Positions 19,546-30,337 of a stretch of 64,000 nucleotides of DNA are shown here, piece after piece; within the stretch, counting starts at the first letter, position 1, and each line of letters begins with the position of its first letter. The stretch lies in the NCBI GenBank assembly GCA_965203805.1, contig OZ241917.1, positions 3,936,001-4,000,000 on the forward strand, written 5' to 3'. The stretch comes from Candidatus Latescibacterota bacterium. GTDB lineage: Bacteria; Latescibacterota; UBA2968; GCA-2709665. The notes below the pieces were generated by a model. That model was given only the letters and a program-made list of their open reading frames with translations, was not told the DNA's origin and searched no databases. The position numbers and the translations under genes were made by a program.

Positions 19546-22500
19546 ATGAGATTTCTACTTGAACGCCTACGAACGATTCGACCTGCTCTGGTCACGTTTT
19601 TCGTCGGTATATCCGCGGTTATTTGCTCCATTGGCGACGTCGATGGAGAAACTCGCCGGCAGTCGATTTCCGTCACCAGCGATGGACAAACGGCCTGGGC
19701 CGTCTGGCTGGAAACCGGACCGGTCGCCGTTTCGGAGATCTGGGTCGCGACCGAAGGAGGCGCGCCACGTCGTCTGGGCATCTTTCCCGGTCTTCCGGGA
19801 AGCCTGGCGTGGGTACCGGAAGGGGACCGGCTTCAGTACCGCGAAACGACCCTTAATGTCGCGTTGTACAGTCTTTCAATCGCACCGAAGCGATCCGTCC
19901 CCCTGGTGTCGCCAGGAGCCTGGGAGATCTCGATCCGTAATGGATCCATCCGGCGTCTGGCGGGAATGGAAATTGATAAAACCGGAACGCCTTCGGATGC
20001 GAGGGTTGCGGGACCACCTCCCCCGAGCAAAGGCGCGGAATCAGTTCTGGCGGGCGTTGCGGCAGCATTCAAGGCCACGGCCCTGGCGTACAGCACCCTG
20101 CATCGATGAAATTTCGAAGAGGCAGAGGAACGGTACCGAAAGGCCGCGAAGTCCTGGGAGGCTCTTTCCGGGAGATTCAGCAAACACGGCCTGTATGAAG
20201 AGCCAGTGTCGGCCTACGTTAAAGCGCTTGGCGCAATGGCCGCGAAGGCCAGAGAACCGTCCGGCGCACGATGGGTCTGCCGGGACCATTTAACCGTTAT
20301 CGGAGACCTCCTGCAGGCCCACGAGCAGGGCCACGACGGCCGGCGGCCGGCGGATCTGGGCGCGCTGAGGGCGTGGGTTGAATCCCATACGTTGACGCGC
20401 GCTGACTCGATCGTCATGAAGACCCTGTTTCGATCACCGGCCGACCCCGAGGAAGACCGTCTGATCAGCTACACCCACGGATACCGCCGGGAAGCCGCCG
20501 CCGGAGAAGCCGCGCTCACGAGTTTCTTTCATGGCGGTCACCTGGTCGAATCCGTCCGCAGCGACACGGGCTACCAAACGATTGACCGGCGGGTGGGCCG
20601 GACGCAGATAGATTCGCTCTTGACCCTTGGGGTCGAATTCACCCAAAGAGATCCTCTGAGGGCCATTTCCACACTGGAGATTCTGGCCGGCGTGGCGCCG
20701 GACTTCGCCATCGGCCACAGCAAGCTTGGCTTCGCCTATCTTGAAGTCGGGAACCTGGTTCGCGCCATCCACGCGTTCGAAGGCGCGATCAAAGCCGACC
20801 ACACGCTCGCTGAGGCCTATTACGGACTGGGTCTTACCTTCCGAAGGTGGCCCAGGGGTTCCTACGACGCCATTCGCTACCTCCAGAAAGCCCTTCAGTA
20901 TAAGCGGGACTATGTCGAAGCCCGATACAATATCGCCGAGATCCGGCACAAACTGGAAGAACACGACGCCCGTCTCGACCTGGAAAAGGTGATGGCAATA
21001 GATCCCAGGTACGCCCCGGCCTACCTGCTGATGGGAAGATGGTATGAAGAATTCGAGAAGGACTTTGAAAACGCCGCGCTCTATTACGCCCAATATATCA
21101 GCCTGGCGCCCGAGGATCCCGAGGGCAGGAAGCGCCTTGCCGCGGTCTACCTGGAAACCCGCAACTTCGCGCGTATCGCCGAAATGTTGCAGGAATACGC
21201 ACTGGAACATCCCGACGACGTCCAGATCCTGCCGATTCTCGCGCAGGCCTGTGTCAGGTTGGAGGCCTTCGACAGGGCGGAAGCCTTTTTCAGGGATTTC
21301 CTTGAGTCGGCTGATTCTGCCGAGCGGACGCACTATGAGGATATCCGCCTGGTCGCCTCGTCGGAGACGATGGCGGCTTTTGAGCGGACACCCCGGTCGG
21401 ACAGAGGGGCATTTCTGGATTCGTTCTGGTCCGATCGAGACCCGGATCTGACCACGGCCGCTAATGAACGCCGGCTGGAGCACTACCGGCGGGTGTGGTA
21501 CGCGATTCAGAATTTCTCGGAAGGCAAGCAGCCGTGGGACCAGCGCGGGGAAGTCTACATCCGGTTCGGCGAGCCGGACCACCGGTCGCGATCCGACAAC
21601 CGGAACTTCCAGCAATCTCTGGCGGTCCAGCGGATTAAGGAGCGCCTTTCCGCAGCGCTTTACGGGGCGGCTGTATCCCCGCACATGTTTCTCAAGTCCG
21701 ATACCGATCTGGATGGAATTGGCAACGTCCGGGGCGACGTACCGATTCAGACTTCGGGCCCCGGTGCAACGTACGCCGGGCCGGTCTATCCTGTGCGAAG
21801 CCACAGTGCGGTGAGCGTGGGTGAGTCTCCGGGGTTCAGTGCGGAATATCAGGGTGATGGCATCAAAAGGAAACAAGCTGCCCGGATGGGGATTGACCGT
21901 ACGGAGCAGGAAGAACAGATACTCGGCGCCGGCAGGGGCAGCGGCAGGCCGGTTAACTTCAAACCCGTGACCAGCGCGGAGGATGCCTCCATCGTCCCCT
22001 GGGAGACATGGGTTTACGTGAACGTGGGCGGGGGTATCGAGATCACTTTTACCGATGAATTCCACAACGGCATCTACAACTACGCGCCCGCGCCGCTTGA
22101 CGCACGCATACCCAGCCGGCAGCAGGCCATGCTGACCCGCTACAACCCCCATAACGTATACCGGATGGCTGCCGCGGCAACCCCCGATTACTACGTGACG
22201 CCGGAAAACGAGGATCCAATGGAGTTCTACTTCGACTCGGCCGATTTCAGAAGCTACCAGGGTTACGATTCGGCCCTCGAAGTCTACGCGGGGATCCCGC
22301 GTCACGAGGGTCAATACCTGGACGCCGACGACCGCACGGAGATCGAAGCCGACCGGACAGTCGCCCTTCGCAATCGGACGACCGGAGCGGTTTACAGGAG
22401 CCGGGAACGGATACGCTTTGCGGCCAGAGGCGACCTGACCGCCGAAGGAAGCGCGTTCGTCCCGGACGTCGCTCGAATGGACGTGCCGGCCGGGCTCTAT

Positions 22501-23034
22501 CGAATGGAAGTCAAGATGAAAGACCGACTGTCCCCGCGGCACGCGCGTTACCGGCAGGACGTTGAAGTCGAATCCTACGGCAGCACGGGCCTTCAGGTGA
22601 GCGACCTGGAGATGGCCTGGCGGATTTCCCGGAGTAAGAGCGAGGACAAATTCAGCAAGGGCAGGCTTTGGGTCATTCCAATGCCCACGCGGACGTATGA
22701 AAAGGGCCAGAGCGTCTTCGTGTATTACGAGATCTATAATCTGACCCGGGATAAATTCGGGCAGACGAACTACGAGGTCTCCTACACGGTCACCTCAGAC
22801 GACAATCCGGTCGCAGTGGGCATCATTTCCAGCCTAACCCGGTGGAGGAAAGGCAAACGCGAAGAACTCTCGGTCACGTACGAGCAGCAGGGTACGTCTG
22901 CCCGGGAAGCGGAATTCGTGGAACTCGAGCTGGAAAACCGCCCGGCGGACAAATACCTATTGAAAGTAGCGGTCAGAGATGTCAACAGCGGCGAAACCGC
23001 CGAGAAGGACGCCGGGTTCGTCATCGCGGAATAG
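19546..23034 (+). pseudogene. Long-class TPR + GWxTD-type gene interrupted by one in-frame TGA at 20107-20109
   Basis: ORFs 19546..20109 and 20206..23034 are in the same frame. Reading through gives HR*NFEEAEERYRKAAKSWEAL versus the paralog HRWEFRSAVKRYRKASRAWAAL at about 52160. PWDQRGEVYIRFGEPD present. Confidence 0.8.
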
Positions 23035-23116
23035 GATTGACGGCGTTACGTGCGGGTCAATGGAAATTTCGTTTTAATCGGTTCAATACGAGGAGCGCCA
23101 GCAACAGACGATACCT

Positions 23117-23232
23117 TGAGCTTGTCGAGGGATAGCGAAGGCGGGCATTTCGACACCCTTCGACAAGCTCACGGACCGAGCTCAATGCAGGCATGCTTAC
23201 TTCGGCAAGCTTGCTTCGACAGGCTCAGCACC
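23117..23232. repeat. Cluster of REP-like palindromic units (GAGCTTGTCGA / TTCGACAAGCTC / TTCGACAGGCTCAG)
   Basis: Same core motif as at about 19466 and 27337, in several degenerate copies. Confidence 0.65.
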
Positions 23233-23297
23233 GGCAGTGCAAGCAGCACAGGCAATGACTACGCGCAGAAATATTAACATCGACAGAAAAACACCAA

Positions 23298-24395
23298 ATG
23301 ACCGGTAGAATCCTATCCGCGCTAATCATTGTCTGGAACATGACAGGCTGCGGCAGAGACGTGCCGACTTCTTCGGAGATTGGCACAGAACTGAAGGGGT
23401 TCAAGTTGGCGGGACGCATGAACTTTCAGCGTTTCTGGCCGGCGTCAGTTTTGCTTCAGGACGGAAGGATTCTGATCACCGGTGGTTCCCGGACGGACCG
23501 GCCCTACCATTCGTCGCGCGCGTTCCGTCATGCCTCAGCGGAGCTGTTTGATCCTGATACCGGAACGTCGACTGTAACGGGAAACATGTCGGTCAGTCGT
23601 TTCAGAGACCGTGCGATGTTGCTTCCGGACGGTCGGGTCCTCATTAAAGGTACCCCTTTTGATCCACCAGAAGTCTACGATCCACGGTCAGGAAGTTTTA
23701 TCGCGATGGAGGACAGGCCCGAACTGACAAGGGATGCAACGATTACGGCGCTTCCCACTGGTGATTTGCTAACGACGGACACACAAGGAAATGTGAGCCG
23801 CTTCGATCCCGATTCCTGGCAGTTCGAATTTCTGACGAAAATGGACGTTCCCCGCTCTGACCATTCCGCCACTTTGTTGCGGGACGGTCGAGTTCTGATC
23901 GTCGGTGGCGCCAATGCCACCGGCGCCCTCAAAAGAGCAGATTTCTACGACCCGTCGTCAAATACTCTTGTCCGGGTTGGCGATCTGCGGCACGAACGAT
24001 GGGGACACTGGGCTGTACTGCTTCCTGATGGCACGGTGTTGATTCTTGGCGGAGAGACAGGCAACGTAGATGATCCCGAGGACGAAACCGCCGCGGAGCG
24101 GTTTGACCCGGCTACGGAGTCGTTCACGCCAGCGGGAGGTCCACGCATCGCCCCACTACATGCAGTTGCCCTGTTGCCCACGGGTATTGTGTTTCTGATG
24201 GGCGGCATAAATGGCCATGTGATTCTCTACGATTCGAGTACCGATAGTTATCATCGCAACGGAGACAATGTCGGATATGAACGCATGTGGTATTCGGTGA
24301 CGGCCCTTCGGGATGCCCGTGTGCTCGTTTTCGGAGGGATGATCAACGGCGTATCCACAGATCAAGTCCTGGTGTACAGACCTCAGTCGTTGTAG
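23298..24395 (+). CDS. Kelch/galactose-oxidase-type beta-propeller lipoprotein
   Basis: Lipobox MTGC. Repeats of LLxDGRVLIxGG, AELFDP and R.xHSATLL. Confidence 0.85.
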   Translation: MTGRILSALIIVWNMTGCGRDVPTSSEIGTELKGFKLAGRMNFQRFWPASVLLQDGRILITGGSRTDRPYHSSRAFRHASAELFDPDTGTSTVTGNMSVSRFRDRAMLLPDGRVLIKGTPFDPPEVYDPRSGSFIAMEDRPELTRDATITALPTGDLLTTDTQGNVSRFDPDSWQFEFLTKMDVPRSDHSATLLRDGRVLIVGGANATGALKRADFYDPSSNTLVRVGDLRHERWGHWAVLLPDGTVLILGGETGNVDDPEDETAAERFDPATESFTPAGGPRIAPLHAVALLPTGIVFLMGGINGHVILYDSSTDSYHRNGDNVGYERMWYSVTALRDARVLVFGGMINGVSTDQVLVYRPQSL

Positions 24396-24553
24396 CGACG
24401 GCGCCCGGTCACCTGACGAATAGAGATTCATGTAAGGTCAAGGATGTCATCAGCGGCGAAACCGCCGAGAAGGAAGCCGGGTTCGTCATCGCGGAATAGG
24501 ATTGGCAGACAAAACCCGTCGCGCGTTCGATCGGTCGGAAGGGAACAGTGACG

Positions 24554-26965
24554 ATGTTACGCAACTACATGACACTTGCTTTCAGAAGCATGTTCAAGAG
24601 CAAACTGGTTTCGTTGATCAATCTCGGAGGACTGTCCGTCGCGCTCGCATTCGGAATGCTTGCCGTTGTATTTGCATATAGTGAGTTGACCTACGATCAC
24701 TTTCATGTCAATGCAGAGCGCATCTATAGAATCAACCAGAAATTCGGCGATCGAAGCATGAGCCGGACAGCGTGGCCTCTCGGGCCCGCCACTGCGCATG
24801 AATTGCCGGATGTCACGGTGGTGCGGATTTTCAAGCGCAGCGGTTCTGTCGCGTTCGGGGAGAAATCGTTGAGGTTTCGGGTGAGTTACGTTGATCCCTC
24901 ATTTCTGGACGTCTTTTCGTTTCCGATGGTCTTGGGAGATGCGTCAACCGCGCTTCGCGACGTGCGTTCAATTGTGATCACCGAGAAGGTGGCGAGAAGA
25001 CTGTTTCCGGGCACAAACCCGGTAGGCGAGGTCATCACCATAGACAAGGGAAAGGCCTATACGGTCACCGGGGTGCTGTCAAGACTACCGGAAAACTCCA
25101 GTCTTGTGTTCGATTGTCTGATACCCTCCGATGCCGCGGATGAGTTACTGAATTCATGGGTGTCTGTAAACGTCCGTGTTGTTGCGAAGGAAGGGTCACC
25201 CTCCGATGCCGCACGTGAAACGCCAAATTTCGGTTTGTGGATGGTTCCCGTCGCCACGACCTTTGTCTTCATACCCGACCATATGGAGCCTCGAAATGTC
25301 GAGGAAAGGCTGCCCGATATCGTGCGGAGAGCGCAGGGGCTGCTGGCAACCATTCCGATAAGCATGTCGCTGCAACCTCTTAAGGAAATGCGTTTCGATC
25401 GGCACGCTTTCGGCGTTGAACGAGCAATCAATCCGGTGTACATCTACGTCTTTCTCGGAATCGCGCTCGTTGTGATTACGATTTCGAGCGTCAACTATGC
25501 TGCACTGGCCATTGGCCGCGGGTTATCTCGCGCTAAAGAAGCGGGCGTTCGCCGGCTTTTCGGCGCCGGAAAGCCTCAGTTTATCTCTCAGTTCCTCATG
25601 GAATCGATTTTGATGGCGCTGATGGCCCTTGTTGTCGGCCTTGGCTTTGTGAGTGCGATCCTGCCGCACTTCAATTCCCTTGTCGGGGCCAAAATCAGCA
25701 TGTCCGGGCAGTTGAGCGTTACAACGTTGTTGTTTGTGCTTCTTCTCACCATGGCGGTTGGCATAGGGGCTGGCCTTTATCCTGCCCTGGCGTTATCGCG
25801 CCTGCAGCCGGCCGACGTCCTCTATGCCCGTCCCAAGAGCGTGAATCCCGGTTTTCTCATGCGCATGCTACTCGTTATCCAGTTGGCAATGTCAATGATC
25901 ATGATGATGGGTGCCCTTGGGATGTCGGCCCAGCTCAATCTCCTTGTTAACAAAAACCCCGGATTCCGCACTGATGGCGTCATTGCTGTCAGAACCGGGG
26001 GATTGCGAGAATCTTCGCCGGGCCTGGTGGATGTATATGCGCGGAAAATAGGATCATATCCGAACATCATCGGGGTTGCCCGGGGACAACATCCACTCAG
26101 CAATCGAAAATCAATCGGCGGCTTTGCCGAAGCTGAGGGCAGGAAAGTCCATGGCGTGGAGACGATCGCTGTGGACTATGGTTTCTTGAAGACACTTGAG
26201 TTTCCGATGTTGGAGGGCAGGGATTTTTCCAGGTTGCTATCGACCGACCGCAACGCCGTCATTATCAATCAGGCCCTCATGAAACAGCTTGGATGGCAAA
26301 GCGCTGTAAACCGGGTCGTCGACTGGAACGGCAACGGAGACGCGCCAATCATCGGCGTGGTCAGAGACTTCCACTTCAAGTCCTTCCACCAGCAGGTGGC
26401 GCCCGCGGTTATCTTCCTGAAACCTGAGTTCTGCGACCTTTTGTTTGTCGTGCCGACGTCCGGCGAGAACGGGGACATACTTGATATTCTACGCGAGGAA
26501 TGGCATGAAATCGCGCCGTCTCAGCCCTTTCGGGCAGGGTTTCTCGAAGATGAACTGAGGGACCAGTACAAGAAGGATGAAAAATGGCTGAATGCCATTC
26601 GACTCCCCGCAATTCTCGCATTGGGTCTTGCGTGCCTCGGCGCCTTTGGTCTGACCTCTTTCTCCGTCGCCCGGAGGACAAAGGAAATTGGAATCCGAAA
26701 GGTGTTCGGCACGTCTATTTCCCGTCTGATGGCGCGGCTTTCGATTGACTTCACGAAGATCGTCATCCTGGCTGCCATCGGCGCCGGGCCTGTCGCGTAC
26801 TTCGCCCTGAGGGAGTGGCTTCAGAGTTTTGTCTATAGAATCGACCTGATCGCACCCATCCTCGCGGGCGGCGTGTTGGCGTCTGCTTTCGTGATGCTCG
26901 CGGTCAGCTGCAAGACCTATGTGGCCGCAACGCTGAATCCGGCCGACACGCTCAGAGACGAGTGA
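24554..26965 (+). CDS. ABC transporter permease, MacB/FtsX family with duplicated architecture
   Basis: MLRNY..LAFR..KSKLVSLINLGGLS, YDHFHVNAERIYR, GAGLYPA, IIGVVRDFHF, RRTKEIGIRKVFG, LNPADTLRDE. Confidence 0.9.
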   Translation: MLRNYMTLAFRSMFKSKLVSLINLGGLSVALAFGMLAVVFAYSELTYDHFHVNAERIYRINQKFGDRSMSRTAWPLGPATAHELPDVTVVRIFKRSGSVAFGEKSLRFRVSYVDPSFLDVFSFPMVLGDASTALRDVRSIVITEKVARRLFPGTNPVGEVITIDKGKAYTVTGVLSRLPENSSLVFDCLIPSDAADELLNSWVSVNVRVVAKEGSPSDAARETPNFGLWMVPVATTFVFIPDHMEPRNVEERLPDIVRRAQGLLATIPISMSLQPLKEMRFDRHAFGVERAINPVYIYVFLGIALVVITISSVNYAALAIGRGLSRAKEAGVRRLFGAGKPQFISQFLMESILMALMALVVGLGFVSAILPHFNSLVGAKISMSGQLSVTTLLFVLLLTMAVGIGAGLYPALALSRLQPADVLYARPKSVNPGFLMRMLLVIQLAMSMIMMMGALGMSAQLNLLVNKNPGFRTDGVIAVRTGGLRESSPGLVDVYARKIGSYPNIIGVARGQHPLSNRKSIGGFAEAEGRKVHGVETIAVDYGFLKTLEFPMLEGRDFSRLLSTDRNAVIINQALMKQLGWQSAVNRVVDWNGNGDAPIIGVVRDFHFKSFHQQVAPAVIFLKPEFCDLLFVVPTSGENGDILDILREEWHEIAPSQPFRAGFLEDELRDQYKKDEKWLNAIRLPAILALGLACLGAFGLTSFSVARRTKEIGIRKVFGTSISRLMARLSIDFTKIVILAAIGAGPVAYFALREWLQSFVYRIDLIAPILAGGVLASAFVMLAVSCKTYVAATLNPADTLRDE

Positions 26966-27156
26966 GAGGATTTCACCGAATCCTGTCCGTTCGGATAGCG
27001 ACAACCTGTTCTTGTGCCGCTTCGCATTCATCATCACTACGAAACGATCGGTAGATAAGCCAGGTGGCCGCGCCTGATGCGTTGGTCCGTGCGACTGAAT
27101 AGAAAGGAGACGGCGCAGCCCCGGTTACCCAAAATTCATTGTCCAGGCGTGAAAAG

Positions 27157-27189
27157 AGTCCGGAAGACGCGGTTTCCGGGCTTTTTTTT
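27157..27189 (+). terminator. Intrinsic terminator-like hairpin plus T-run
   Basis: GTCCGGAAGACGCGGTTTCCGGGC followed by T8. A near-copy lies at 40292-40322. Confidence 0.6.
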
Positions 27190-27253
27190 GAACCCATGGC
27201 GCCAGGCCGGTGTCTTTTAGGTAGGACGGGTACGGCGGAAATTAGTCTCAGTT

Positions 27254-27409
27254 ATTAAAGGGAGCACTCTACAAATTACATTATTACACACCATTGGCCT
27301 GGCACCCTGAGCCGCTTCCTGAGAATGCGGTGCCCTGAGCTTGTCGAAGCGTCGGCGAAGGGTCATAGAGGCATCGAAACGTGAGCGCTTCGACAAGCTG
27401 GTGGATCGC
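27254..27409. repeat. Second copy of the intergenic leader / REP-like element
   Basis: AGCACTCT....TTACA.TATTACACACC...CCCTGAGCCGC...CCCTGAGCTTGTCGAAG.GTCGGCGAAGGGTCA...CGACAAGCT shared with 19405-19530. Confidence 0.7.
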
Positions 27410-27552
27410 TGAGGTACTCGACAAAGCTGTAGTATGACAAATGGCCATTCCTCGGATGGACGATTCGGGAGAATACGAAGCGGCTGATACCGCAATGGTT
27501 TGACGAAATCCGTCGCTATGGCACCTCGATACATCTTCGGAGGGTCAGGGTT

Positions 27553-29922
27553 ATGAGACATATAGTGGCTTTCATGTCGGTAGTACTGGCGACAAGCCAG
27601 GCACTCGCCTTGACGAAGCAGGCCCGAATGGATTCGCTTTTCAGGGAGGCATTGGCGCACGTCGGTCAGGTGCCGCCAGAAGTGAGCATCAAGGCACTCG
27701 AGCAGGTATTGAAGCTGGAATGGCATTACGCACCCGCTCACTACGAGATCGCGAAGCGGTACATGGAAATGAACACGCCGCTTACACGCCAGAGCGCCCG
27801 CAAGGCGCTGGATGAGGCATTGCGGCTCGACCCGGAGAACACGGACTATCAGATGGCCTTGGGTGAGTTGCTCAGCAGACAGGGTTTCTCCTACATTGCG
27901 GAACGGCAATATCGCAAGCTGTCTACGGACGATACCGGAAACGCGGAAGCGGCGTACTGGGCTGGATATTACGCTGTTCAGGAATATATCGCATTGATCG
28001 ACAAGAAGCAGTTTGTACGCCTTGACAAAGGTGGCAGGGGTGTGATGTACTACTGGAGGACTATCGCGGAGAATGCTTTGGAACGAGCAGAGAGATATCT
28101 AAATCGGAGCATCGACGCTGACCCCGAGTTCAAGAGCACTTACAACCTGCTAGGGCTTCTTCATGTCGAGACCGGAAAGCCGCAAGCATTGATTCTGTTG
28201 GCTAAGCGTCTTCTTGATCATGCGCCCGATGACAAGGACGCGCTGTTGTTCTGCGGTCTCGGGTACCATATACAGGGCAAAATGAACATAGCCTACAGTT
28301 ACTACAGGCGAGCTATTGAGCGAATGACCGGCGATGAGAGGTCTATGATGGAGTCGGTGGACATTATCGCGTCGGACGAACAGCGGACACGAATGGTGCG
28401 GGCGACTGCGTACCGGGACACTGACAGGGACAATTGGAGCATTGACAGACACACACGCTTTTGGCGTAGCCAGGATCCGCTCTTCCTGACGGAGTTTAAC
28501 GAGCGCAAGATGGAACACTACGCCCGGGTGGCATATGCAAATCTGAGATTCACCCGGCCTTTCAAGGGAATCGATGGGTGGCAGACAGACCCGGGAATGG
28601 CATTTATCAAATTTGGACGCTATGTCGGACGGGATGTCTTCGTTGCACGGAAGGCATGGTATTATGGTAAGTTCAGCATCTGGTTCGAGAACGGCGACGG
28701 ATTGGACGGCTGGCGCTTTGCACGAGGATCAGAAACGGGTAAAACCGCGCGAGAGTCGACTGAAACAATCTGGGTGCATGTGTGTGGTCGCATGTATAAG
28801 ATTACACGAATGCGAAACAGACCAGGCGATTTCTATTCCGGTAAGGACCGAAAGGAGGCTTTGTGGAGAACCCCTCGAACGGCTGCACGTCAGGTGTTTC
28901 ACGATACACCGCAGCGGTATATTGACCCCTATCGCGAACGCAGATATCGGATGCCCCATCAGGTTGCAGCATTTCGTCAAGGCGACAGTATTCGCGTGGA
29001 ATTCGCATACGCGATTCCCAAGGCACGGGTTCGGGTTTCCGATCCGGATGGCTTCATGGTTCTGGAAGATGGGGTGTTTTTATTTGATGAGCAATGGGAC
29101 CAGGTCTACGAACGGAAGACGTTAGTAAACATGCGGTGGCCGGTATTTGACCCGAACGTTGAGACAAAAAGCGACAGTCTGCGGCGTAACCATGTGGTGT
29201 CGTTTCGAACGGTGCAGGTTGCGCCTCGTCCCCATCGCATTGTCGTCGAGGTCCGGGACCGCGGCACTGGTTCTATCGGGACTTTCCGCGAATTGCGGGC
29301 ATTCGAAGCCGGGGATTCACTGTTGGTCGTCAGTGATCTTCTGCTAGCCTCCGACATCAAGCCGAAGACCTCGTTCCCTGAGGGTCGAGATGATCTTCAC
29401 GTCACGCCCAACCCGTTACACACCTACGCCCGATCAGAGCCGGTCTTCATCTATCTTGAAATCTACAATCTAAAGATGGACAGGTTTGGCCGAACCAAAT
29501 ACCGGATTTCCTACCGGCTGACCAACCCCGATAGCGAGGAAATTCGGCCCGAACGGTTTGCGGCCATAGACATGCCGAGCGTGGGCGCTAAGGTGCAAAT
29601 TCAGACCATCATCGAAGAGGGGATGGACGACACCGAAGACGAAATATGGGAGGATGAACCGAACGTAACGTATCGCGTAAAATACATCCTGCCGAAGCGA
29701 AATAAAATCTCCGAGGAGATTGAATCCGCGTCTCGTGCACGTAAAGGTGCGGAAACCACGGTGACCTCGAGTTACGAGGGATCCCAGAAGGATGATTTTA
29801 CGTTTCTGGAGGTCGACGTGAGCAGCGCCCCCGCCGGTTTCCACAAGCTGATCGTCAGCATGAAGGATCTTAACACGGGACATACCGCCGAACGGCACGT
29901 AGTATTCAGGTTGGTTGAGTAG
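27553..29922 (+). CDS. TPR + GWxTD domain protein (short class, canonical motif)
   Basis: Signal peptide and TPRs. FWRSQDPLFLTEFNERKMEHYARVAYANLRF...GWQTDPG. Ends VVFRLVE. Confidence 0.9.
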   Translation: MRHIVAFMSVVLATSQALALTKQARMDSLFREALAHVGQVPPEVSIKALEQVLKLEWHYAPAHYEIAKRYMEMNTPLTRQSARKALDEALRLDPENTDYQMALGELLSRQGFSYIAERQYRKLSTDDTGNAEAAYWAGYYAVQEYIALIDKKQFVRLDKGGRGVMYYWRTIAENALERAERYLNRSIDADPEFKSTYNLLGLLHVETGKPQALILLAKRLLDHAPDDKDALLFCGLGYHIQGKMNIAYSYYRRAIERMTGDERSMMESVDIIASDEQRTRMVRATAYRDTDRDNWSIDRHTRFWRSQDPLFLTEFNERKMEHYARVAYANLRFTRPFKGIDGWQTDPGMAFIKFGRYVGRDVFVARKAWYYGKFSIWFENGDGLDGWRFARGSETGKTARESTETIWVHVCGRMYKITRMRNRPGDFYSGKDRKEALWRTPRTAARQVFHDTPQRYIDPYRERRYRMPHQVAAFRQGDSIRVEFAYAIPKARVRVSDPDGFMVLEDGVFLFDEQWDQVYERKTLVNMRWPVFDPNVETKSDSLRRNHVVSFRTVQVAPRPHRIVVEVRDRGTGSIGTFRELRAFEAGDSLLVVSDLLLASDIKPKTSFPEGRDDLHVTPNPLHTYARSEPVFIYLEIYNLKMDRFGRTKYRISYRLTNPDSEEIRPERFAAIDMPSVGAKVQIQTIIEEGMDDTEDEIWEDEPNVTYRVKYILPKRNKISEEIESASRARKGAETTVTSSYEGSQKDDFTFLEVDVSSAPAGFHKLIVSMKDLNTGHTAERHVVFRLVE

Positions 29923-30337
29923 TGCCGGTTTCGTGAAAAGTACAACGTGTGGGGAGGGACGGTCCCCATCTCGACAGCGTTCGACACTGCCTGCTCGTCC
30001 ACCGTGTTAGACATCCTGATCGACAGCACCAGACAACAATGTCAGAGCCCCGATTCGTTGAAGTGCAGCAACGATTCACCCAGACATCCGTTACGCATAT
30101 TTGGCTGGTATGCGATCTCCTGAACTCGTAGGCTTGCGTAGACTCGTCAGAGTTCTCTATAGGCATTGGCTATGATATCGCGACAATCGTTGCGAATCAT
30201 TCGCCGCAGCTTTCGGACGAATTGGCACATTGCCACCCTTTTGGGTCATCCAGATTGGTGAATTGTAGGACTACTCACGCAGAAAGCACAACATGACTCT
30301 TGCCGCACGACACCGGATGTCGACGGGGAGGGAATTC

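Larger units (their letters stand above)
22971..24504 (+). repeat. 69-bp direct repeat (22971-23039 and 24436-24504) of the GWxTD gene 3' end flanking a Kelch gene
   Basis: GGTCA..GATGTCA.CAGCGGCGAAACCGCCGAGAAGGA.GCCGGGTTCGTCATCGCGGAATAGGATTG occurs twice, 4 mismatches by manual alignment. Confidence 0.85.

Noticed and set aside
20107-20109. Genome-wide TGA recoding or selenocysteine
   Set aside because: TGA is a normal stop for many genes here (4636, 8988, 26965, 35003, 40045), and the aligned residue is Trp, not Cys.
20434-22542. Long antisense ORFs (702 aa here, 582 aa at 56502..58250, 394 aa at 43422..44606 and others)
   Set aside because: They lie opposite well-supported genes in GC-rich DNA and show no recognisable motifs, so they are shadow ORFs.
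29923-30337. Possible gene remnant or ncRNA in the ~400 bp intergenic gap
   Set aside because: The short ORFs have no convincing motifs, and I found no repeat or structure to support a call.
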